IMG/VR virus record: IMGVR_UViG_3300020424_000002
Location: 1-64,000 of that record
Strand: one strand, 5' to 3'
DNA length: 64,000 nucleotides
From: a virus
Within the stretch, counting starts at the first letter, position 1. Every line of letters begins with the position of its first letter. A model generated the notes under the pieces. The model did no database searches and was not told where the DNA came from. It saw only the letters and a list, made by a program, of their open reading frames with translations. Both the position numbers and the translations under genes were made by a program. Positions 57,576-64,000 of this stretch are shown here, piece by piece.

Positions 57576-58138
57576 TATGATGCGTATCCAGCGTGTGTTT
57601 CAAAATTCATAAACTCTGGCACTGGTCTATTAGTCCACTTTGCAAAGTCTTTCTTGTAGTTTATATAGTAGTTCTTATATGCTTCTACTACATTTGTTTG
57701 TTTGACATCATCTGGCATTGCAAGATATGGGTCAACATATGGTTCTACATCAATTTGCATTGGTGCAGACTGTAACATTTCTCTGAGTTTTTTATCTGTT
57801 AGATGCACTTTACCATAACGATGTGTATACTCATCACATAGATGTGTCCACATTTGATATAACCAGTTGTAATGATTCTGTGATGCTCTAACCCATAAAT
57901 TACTAGGATGTTTCACATGGGATGCTTTGTATAAAGTTTTTTCCATTTTAGGTAGTGGATGTTTCCATCTTTGTATTCTACGACCACCTAGAGTCTGAGA
58001 TACATATGGGTCTCCATCAATAACACGATGTGCAGTTGACATCAACTGTGCATATTCGATAATCATTTTGACCACATGTTTATCACAATGCATTTCTGCA
58101 CATGTTTTTGGGTCTTTGTCTAAGTAAAAAATATTCAT
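57575..58138 (-). CDS. Pyrimidine-dimer DNA glycosylase / DenV-like protein
   Basis: MNIFYLD.DP..CA..HCDKHVVKMI.E.AQL.STAH, YK..H..HPS..W.R, EY..RYGK.H, AMPD. Confidence 0.85.
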   Translation of the reverse strand: MNIFYLDKDPKTCAEMHCDKHVVKMIIEYAQLMSTAHRVIDGDPYVSQTLGGRRIQRWKHPLPKMEKTLYKASHVKHPSNLWVRASQNHYNWLYQMWTHLCDEYTHRYGKVHLTDKKLREMLQSAPMQIDVEPYVDPYLAMPDDVKQTNVVEAYKNYYINYKKDFAKWTNRPVPEFMNFETHAGYAS

Positions 58139-58144
58139 AATATA

Positions 58145-58173
58145 ATTATAACCTCATAGTTATTTTTTGTCAA
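58145..58173 (-). promoter_or_regulatory. Sigma70-type promoter, likely leaderless
   Basis: TTGACA-N17-TATAAT, with 6 nt between the -10 box and the ATG (58138). Confidence 0.8.
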
Positions 58174-58933
58174 AGAAAAAAGTTGCAGAGTTTCTAGGAA
58201 AAGGTGCTTCCCAAGATACACCTGTCACTTTATGAAATATATCTCCACGAAATACCACTGCACTACCACCTTTTGGACATGCAGTTGCACGAACAAAGTC
58301 TATATCGTCATTCCAAAACAAAGTTTCTCCACCCCATTTTCTTAAATCCCATATGTCTGTTGGATTAAGATAAACTATTGCACTGTAATCCATGTAATCT
58401 TGATGAGCCCAACTAGAATCTCCATGTTGAAATGCATGGACATAACAGTTATTGTAATCTTTTACTTCAAGACCTAATGCCTCTTCAAAATGTGGTTTAA
58501 AAGTATTCCATATCTCATCAACTGTATTATGCACTACTGGATGATGTTTAAATATATCTACAGGTAATCCCCATTCTTGACCTTCTTTATCCCAGTATGC
58601 TTCATTACCATCGTCTTTTTGTTTGTATGCTCTTCCAGCTGCTTTTGTAAATGCTTCTTGACTTCGAGATACATTCATATACCAAGTATTTTTTTCTAAT
58701 GTGCCTGTTATCTTATTAGAAAAACCACCTTCCTCTCTTATTTTTTTTATCATTTCTGGGTCACCAGTTTTATCCATACTAGGATGTGGTGGATTACCAC
58801 CATATGCAAGAAATCCTTGTATAAATGAACCATGATTGTATAAATCAGTCCACCACTTTGCAACTCTTCCTTGTTGTTCAACATCGTCAATAAGAAATAT
58901 TTCTTCACCCATTAAGTCTATATTCTTATGCAT
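58160..58933 (-). CDS. 2OG-Fe(II) oxygenase (prolyl-hydroxylase-like)
   Basis: AHQD, SAIVYLN, WD..KWGGETLF, P.GG.AVVF.G.IFHKV, R.S..F. Confidence 0.85.
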   Translation of the reverse strand: MHKNIDLMGEEIFLIDDVEQQGRVAKWWTDLYNHGSFIQGFLAYGGNPPHPSMDKTGDPEMIKKIREEGGFSNKITGTLEKNTWYMNVSRSQEAFTKAAGRAYKQKDDGNEAYWDKEGQEWGLPVDIFKHHPVVHNTVDEIWNTFKPHFEEALGLEVKDYNNCYVHAFQHGDSSWAHQDYMDYSAIVYLNPTDIWDLRKWGGETLFWNDDIDFVRATACPKGGSAVVFRGDIFHKVTGVSWEAPFPRNSATFFFDKK

Positions 58934-59255
58934 TTGCTAATCTCTTTTCTTTTCTTTTTCTTGCAACTTCTCGTTTTTTTAATTGTGCTTGAACGATAAT
59001 TCGTTCTTTCTTATTGAGACAACTAATATCTTTAGGGCCCCAGACTGTACCAATACGAGTTAGTTTATCACATGCAGTTAACATATGATTCCATACATCA
59101 TCTTCTGCACTTCCATTTCTATCTGTTTCGAATTCTTTTCTACTGAATCGTAGAGAGGTTGTTTTGTTCTTTTCTGCATACTTAGAGATTTCTCTACCTA
59201 GTTCTGCATAAAACATTTCTTTTGGTGTAATATCGTAATTACTAAATTTGTTCAT
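58926..59255 (-). CDS. Early hypothetical protein
   Basis: AGGA RBS and an upstream sigma70 promoter. Confidence 0.72.
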   Translation of the reverse strand: MNKFSNYDITPKEMFYAELGREISKYAEKNKTTSLRFSRKEFETDRNGSAEDDVWNHMLTACDKLTRIGTVWGPKDISCLNKKERIIVQAQLKKREVARKRKEKRLANA

Positions 59256-59288
59256 AATATAGTCCTATCATAGTATAAAATGGGTTTT

Positions 59289-59318
59289 AGTATATCAAAA
59301 AATGTACCTATAAATCAA
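59289..59318 (-). promoter_or_regulatory. Sigma70-type early promoter
   Basis: TTGATT-N18(TATAGGTACATTTTTTGA)-TATACT with an extended -10 TG; the spacer is nearly identical to that at 46313-46330. Confidence 0.75.
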
Positions 59319-59320
59319 AT

Positions 59321-59740
59321 TTATTTTTCTGGAAACAGTTGAATAACATTATCCTTACTTTTAGGTTTTTCTTTTGATTCTTGTTTATCTTGTTCATCAA
59401 TTTCTTTTTGTAGTTCTGGTGGGATAGAATAACCTAAATTATTAAGATAGTCTCCTAGGATATATGGGTCTAACATATCTTGATTCCACTCTTGTTCTTG
59501 TAGTAAATCATGACCATCTTCTTGTATTAAGTTCTGTCTACTTCTGAGATAGGTGTCACATATCATTGAAAGATGTGTAACTGCTTTGTAAAGTGATAAC
59601 CAATCGTTACTCATTTGGATTGAATTATCATAATCATCTGCAAATGCAATTGACATTTTTTTGAACCATCCATCATCACTATTGACAATCAATGCAATGT
59701 CTCCTCTTTTGAGTTTAAGAATATGTTCTTTATCTGTCAT
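59321..59740 (-). CDS. Hypothetical protein
   Basis: Acidic ORF ending KDNVIQLFP. Confidence 0.72.
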   Translation of the reverse strand: MTDKEHILKLKRGDIALIVNSDDGWFKKMSIAFADDYDNSIQMSNDWLSLYKAVTHLSMICDTYLRSRQNLIQEDGHDLLQEQEWNQDMLDPYILGDYLNNLGYSIPPELQKEIDEQDKQESKEKPKSKDNVIQLFPEK

Positions 59741-59742
59741 AT

Positions 59743-60876
59743 TTAACTGATATTTTTACCAAATTCTACTTGTACTGAGTCTGGTATTACTTGAGTTCCA
59801 TCATTAAACCCTGCTTCATCTGGAAAGTGTTGTTTCATATCAATACCACCTTCTAAATTTTGATTACTAGTATGTTGAGCTATTATTGGATGTCCAGCTG
59901 GTAATCCAAAAACACCACTATCGATATCTTGTAATGTAGTTTCTACTCTTGCACCACCTACAAAGTTATAACATTCTTTTAGCACTCTTGCTTGTCCTAT
60001 TACCTGTGGTGTATGTGTTACCCAAATATTATCTTGTTTTGAACTTCTTCCATATCCATTTGCAATACACCAGTTATCAACTTCACTTGTAATTGCAGTG
60101 TTATCATTCTTTACCCACTCCATTTTATATTTCATGCCAGCACCAGATACTAAAAAATCATTCATACATGTTAGTTTTGTAATATATGTTTCACCAGCTG
60201 TGTCTTGTTGAAGATGTCTCTCTGTATCATTTGGTGCTGGATATTCACCTGTTGTACCTTGGAATTTTGAAGCTGCATATTGTTCATCTGTTGTTGCTAA
60301 TGGGCCTTCTGATATTCTTGCTCTTGTTCTTTTTGCAACTGTGGCTTCTGGATTAACTTCATTACACATTGCTTTTTTGTAATCAGATGCATATCTCCAG
60401 CATACACCTTTCTTAATAGAAGTAAATTCATCATCTTTAGTAACTTCTGTATCACCTATCCAAAAAGTAGTAGGTATTGAATATGCATCAAGTCCAGAGT
60501 TTCCTACCCACATACCAGCACCATAATTTGCAGTGTCATTTTCGTCCTCACCACTTAATGCTGGAATAACACCCATGGGTTTTCCATCTGAATTTTGTGA
60601 ACCTGTAACATTAAGTTGTTCTGGTAATTCTTCTACTTTGTTATAGTTTCTTTGTGAATCTACAAAAAACTTACCATCATATGCACTGTTATCTTTAAAC
60701 TTACCATCACGAACTATTGAACCTTCGTAATGTGTTTTCCATAATGCTCTAAAATCTGCATCTGAACATGGAGTTACATGTCCTTCATTGGAAGTAAATG
60801 TTGCCATGGATTTTAATTCATATGAATTGTCTTCTACCCATGAAGGAATAGTTTGTCCTATTGCATCTGTAGCCAT
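59743..60876 (-). CDS. Hypothetical protein
   Basis: 377-aa ORF with GAGG RBS; no motif recognised. Confidence 0.78.
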   Translation of the reverse strand: MATDAIGQTIPSWVEDNSYELKSMATFTSNEGHVTPCSDADFRALWKTHYEGSIVRDGKFKDNSAYDGKFFVDSQRNYNKVEELPEQLNVTGSQNSDGKPMGVIPALSGEDENDTANYGAGMWVGNSGLDAYSIPTTFWIGDTEVTKDDEFTSIKKGVCWRYASDYKKAMCNEVNPEATVAKRTRARISEGPLATTDEQYAASKFQGTTGEYPAPNDTERHLQQDTAGETYITKLTCMNDFLVSGAGMKYKMEWVKNDNTAITSEVDNWCIANGYGRSSKQDNIWVTHTPQVIGQARVLKECYNFVGGARVETTLQDIDSGVFGLPAGHPIIAQHTSNQNLEGGIDMKQHFPDEAGFNDGTQVIPDSVQVEFGKNIS

Positions 60877-60878
60877 AA

Positions 60879-61298
60879 TTAACCTCTAGTTACTTTTTTA
60901 ACTCTTTCAATTTGTTGATTTATAATTGCCTTACGATTAGGCCAATAGATGTATTCTTTGTCCTCATTTTCCATGAGTTTGTGCAGAAGAGGTAAGATAA
61001 GTTCTTCTGCATCTGCAAGTTGTGATTTCAATTTTGATACTGCAACATCTGTAGAACTTCCTACATTTGTTTTTGCCTCTTCCAATTCATCTAGTGCATT
61101 AGATACTAATTTGTTGAGAACATCAACTTTTGCATCTAAATTTTCTATCTGTTCAGAATTAACTGCTCCTTTAGATGACTCTGCAACTTTCTTAAGGTCT
61201 TCTGCAATCTTCTCATTAAGAGCTGCACTTTCCCCTGTTTTAGTTGTAAGTTCATCTTGGTCTACAGCAGTGAAACCAAAATCGAAATTATCTGCCAT
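60879..61298 (-). CDS. Conserved coiled-coil hypothetical protein
   Basis: FDFGFTAVD.DEL, I.PLL..L..N.DKEYIYWPNR. Confidence 0.78.
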   Translation of the reverse strand: MADNFDFGFTAVDQDELTTKTGESAALNEKIAEDLKKVAESSKGAVNSEQIENLDAKVDVLNKLVSNALDELEEAKTNVGSSTDVAVSKLKSQLADAEELILPLLHKLMENEDKEYIYWPNRKAIINQQIERVKKVTRG

Positions 61299-61609
61299 TA
61301 CTTCTTACCTTTACTTCTTTTTATTTTTTCTCTTGCATCAATAACTGGTTCAACAGTTTCATTACCTTCTGTTTTACCACCATCAAGAGTAGATTCAACT
61401 TCTTGTTGTTGTGCAAGTTGTTGTCTAATCTGTGCTTGAGTTTGACTTTCTGCAATTAGTATTTCTCTTAATCTTCCGATTGTTGAAAACTCTTCTGCTT
61501 TAAAAGTTCCTCTACTCGCTGCAGTATCAATAACTGCAATCATTTGTGCAAGTTCTTTTAAACCTAAAATCTGTGTTTGCATCAAATCAACTTTTTCTAC
61601 TTGTTCCAT
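61298..61609 (-). CDS. Hypothetical protein
   Basis: L.....VID.A.SRG.FKAEE.S.IG.L; GGAG RBS. Confidence 0.75.
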   Translation of the reverse strand: MEQVEKVDLMQTQILGLKELAQMIAVIDTAASRGTFKAEEFSTIGRLREILIAESQTQAQIRQQLAQQQEVESTLDGGKTEGNETVEPVIDAREKIKRSKGKK

Positions 61610-61637
61610 AATATCTCCATACTATATTTTATTCCAA

Positions 61638-61949
61638 TTAATCTAAAGGATTACTTGGAAACCTTTTGATTGTTACTGGGACATCACCTGTCTGAGTATC
61701 AATCTGTTTAATTACTGGTTCTTCTATGTTCCAATCACATGTAATGTTTGTGCCTGGCACGAACCATTTACTTAAGTCCCTATTGTAAATCATTTCATGA
61801 ACGAATCCACTCATAGGGTCTATAATCTTTAACAATCCCATTACTGGGTCATAATGACGAACCTCTGCAATTCTACTTACACCATTATCAGTGTAGGTAA
61901 TTGCTCTGTCTTCATCGGTTAAACCCAGTCTGTTAATTGCCTTTTCCAT
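61638..61949 (-). CDS. Hypothetical protein (late, likely leaderless)
   Basis: TATAAATA at 61955-61962, 5 nt before the ATG. Confidence 0.72.
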   Translation of the reverse strand: MEKAINRLGLTDEDRAITYTDNGVSRIAEVRHYDPVMGLLKIIDPMSGFVHEMIYNRDLSKWFVPGTNITCDWNIEEPVIKQIDTQTGDVPVTIKRFPSNPLD

Positions 61950-61969
61950 AGTAGTATTTATATCAATAC

Positions 61970-62665
61970 TTACTTAGGAGTTAAGTCAAATCCAGCATCT
62001 TCACAAATTTCTTTGGTAATAGATTTGAAAGGCATAGTCTTATCTTTAATTGCAAGTAAGAACTCTGCTTCAGATTTCTCAAGTGACCTTAAAGTGTTTA
62101 GGAATATTTCTTCCTGTTTTGCAACTTTGCTTGTACTGTTTGCAAGACCACCTTTTACCCAATATTGCATTCTTTTGAATACACGAATAAATCTCTCTGG
62201 AGCCATATCCATTGCACCCTCTGGTGTGTCTGGGTCTCCAATTTGAGTTCCTTCTGGTATACCTTCTGGTAAAGTAAACTGAACTCTGTCATCAAATGCA
62301 GCTTTAAGTGCATATTTGACATCGTTTCTACTAGTAAACTGTTTTAAAATATCAATTTTAGATTGTTTACCTTTTGTTTCTTCAACTAATCCTAGTATCT
62401 CTACAATACTTGGATTTCTTGGAAGGTCTTTAACAGTTCTAACTTTAGTATCAGGCCCATCAAGAACTTTCTTTTGAGTTTTCCCAAGAGGTTTTTCATA
62501 TTTGGACATGACATCAGCTGCATCATCTACTGCTGATGGTGGTGATGCTTGTTTTGTTAAAACTGCATCTGCTTTCTCTAAAGCAACTTCTTGTTCTTTT
62601 TCTTGAACAATTTTCTCTAGAGTTTTTTTGTTTAACGACCCTTTAGGTCTTCCTCGTTTTGCCAT
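61970..62665 (-). CDS. DUF6433-like conserved T4-like protein with an N-terminal AT-hook
   Basis: KRGRPKGS; EIL..V.......KI..L, FD..V.F.LPEG.P, E.IF...L..L...EAE.L.AIKDK. Confidence 0.7.
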   Translation of the reverse strand: MAKRGRPKGSLNKKTLEKIVQEKEQEVALEKADAVLTKQASPPSAVDDAADVMSKYEKPLGKTQKKVLDGPDTKVRTVKDLPRNPSIVEILGLVEETKGKQSKIDILKQFTSRNDVKYALKAAFDDRVQFTLPEGIPEGTQIGDPDTPEGAMDMAPERFIRVFKRMQYWVKGGLANSTSKVAKQEEIFLNTLRSLEKSEAEFLLAIKDKTMPFKSITKEICEDAGFDLTPK

Positions 62666-62667
62666 AA

Positions 62668-63513
62668 TTAAAAGTCTCCAATACTTTCTTGTAAATCCAT
62701 CAATCTGTTATTGATAAAGTATGTTAGTAATCCACCTCTTGGTGCAACTACAACATTATCAAACTCTTGAAGAATTTGTTCTTTGTATTTACTAGGTATA
62801 TAGGACAAATCTATAAGACTCCTATTCCTAGATAAATTCCTGTCTATCTCACTGTCATTCATGACGAGAGGGTCTTTGATAGTGTCTCTTTTCTTCTTAG
62901 ACAAAGGTCTCTGTCTCGACCCAGACACAAATACATCATCTTGAGATAAACAGTTAGGAACACCATCCCCAGTATCACCACTAATTATGTGGTCATTGAG
63001 ATACTCCAAAGCTTGTTCCTGTGTTAATTTAATATCTTTCTTTGTGATAGGTGAAAACTGTCTAACCTTACTGTATCTCTGTAATTGTTGAAAGTCTTTA
63101 TCTCCACTGATAATCATAATGTTTTCAGTGTCACCATACTTTTCACAAAGTGTCCCTATTATATCATCTGCTTCACATTTTGATATGTAGATATATTTAT
63201 AAGGAAAATTATACTTTAATTCTTCTCTGATTACAGATATACAATCGAATATTTGATTCCAATCTTTGGTATCTTTATCTCTAGTTTTTTTACGATTTGC
63301 CTTGTAGTATGGGAATACATCTTTTCTCCAAACATTATAAGAATCGTCTGCAAGGACTAACTCTCCATATTTGTTTTTGTATTTCTTACGATACATTGCA
63401 AGTGATTTAAGTGCAATGTGTCTTACTAGGTCTTCACTGATAGGTTCTTGTCCACCTCTGGTTGATGCCATTAGTGATGCAATTAGAACCTGTGTTAGGT
63501 CTACTATAATCAT
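62668..63513 (-). CDS. rnh: T4-type RNase H (5'-3' exonuclease)
   Basis: MIIVDL.Q, WRKD.FPYYKANR, EADDII, IISGDKDFQQLQ, GD.GDGVPN.LS. Confidence 0.95.
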   Translation of the reverse strand: MIIVDLTQVLIASLMASTRGGQEPISEDLVRHIALKSLAMYRKKYKNKYGELVLADDSYNVWRKDVFPYYKANRKKTRDKDTKDWNQIFDCISVIREELKYNFPYKYIYISKCEADDIIGTLCEKYGDTENIMIISGDKDFQQLQRYSKVRQFSPITKKDIKLTQEQALEYLNDHIISGDTGDGVPNCLSQDDVFVSGSRQRPLSKKKRDTIKDPLVMNDSEIDRNLSRNRSLIDLSYIPSKYKEQILQEFDNVVVAPRGGLLTYFINNRLMDLQESIGDF

Positions 63514-64000
63514 TCAGTTCTTAATAATATAATGTGTTCGTTTATTCTTCCAGTTGGTTTAGATGATTTTGTGTTTATTTCATCTAATACTTTACTTAAT
63601 ACTATTTTACCACCTTCTTGGATTCTGTCAAGGAAATGTTTTGTCCTGTTTCCAATCTTTTTAGTTGCACTGTATTTTCCAAAGTTTTGAATAGTTGTTC
63701 CTTTCACTCCAAGACCAGCTCTATCTTCTGATTCATATTTGGTAATCTCTTTGGTTTTGGTATTGAATGCCCATAGTTGTCCAGACCCTACAATTAACTC
63801 TGGATTAATTGATGTAAGATGATACTCTGTATCAGTTATCTTGTAGTTTAACTTTTTAGTTTGTTCTTGTGCAGAGTAAACTTTTTTTCTTCTAGTTTTC
63901 TTCTGACCCATTTTACCTTTTGCATACTTATCACATTCTTCTCTGATACCACAAACATATTTGTATGCATCCCTTAGTCCTTTTTTAGATAAGAATGAGT
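63510..64000 (-). CDS. Conserved hypothetical protein, 5' end beyond the window
   Basis: The frame stays open upstream of the track's ATG (SFLSKKGLRDAYKYVCGIREECDKYAKGKMGQ); L.SI.P..I.G...LW.FNTK, VKGTT..F, GRINE..ILL. Confidence 0.8.
   Translation of the reverse strand, partial: SFLSKKGLRDAYKYVCGIREECDKYAKGKMGQKKTRRKKVYSAQEQTKKLNYKITDTEYHLTSINPELIVGSGQLWAFNTKTKEITKYESEDRAGLGVKGTTIQNFGKYSATKKIGNRTKHFLDRIQEGGKIVLSKVLDEINTKSSKPTGRINEHIILLRTE

Noticed and set aside
1-64000. Stop-codon reassignment, introns or inteins
   Set aside because: Core genes are full length in the standard code, TAA/TAG/TGA all serve as stops, and no intein or homing-endonuclease motifs were seen.

Overview
A 64-kb segment of a low-GC T4-like myovirus genome, probably marine with a proteobacterial host (inferred from its bS21, IscU and PanD). 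From 1 to 45.4 kb (minus strand) lies the late virion module: terminase gp17 (partial) and gp16, gp15/14/13, a tail-fibre region interleaved with 2OG-Fe(II) hydroxylases and an APS-kinase fusion, a 2148-aa VrlC/DUF4815-like protein, and baseplate gp8, 7, 6, 25, 5, 27-like, 53 and 48. From 45.4 to 50.8 kb (mostly plus strand) are gp4, gp2, gp54-like, gp26 with a start-less gp51-like ORF, and a tape-measure-like gene. From 50.8 to 64 kb (minus strand) are gp32, gp59, bS21, gp33, IscU, an exonuclease, a DenV-like glycosylase, RNase H and accessory genes. The most striking element is a 532-aa fibre-tip protein (9543-11141). Its ~40 Arg-Pro repeats are mirror-symmetric in length and complementary in sequence around a central NPKFG turn, as expected of one ~230-residue-per-arm antiparallel beta-hairpin. 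It is followed directly by a chaperone-like gene and a cassette of candidate modifying enzymes. Other highlights are a likely -1 frameshift joining gp26 and gp51, two structured GGA-rich intergenic RNA candidates, a cupredoxin-like domain shared by gp15 and a tail fibre, panD coupled to gp5, iteron-like repeats near gene 5, leaderless promoters, and context-dependent avoidance of GATC, GGWCC and CCWGG. All calls come from motif recognition and synteny by eye; no searches were run.
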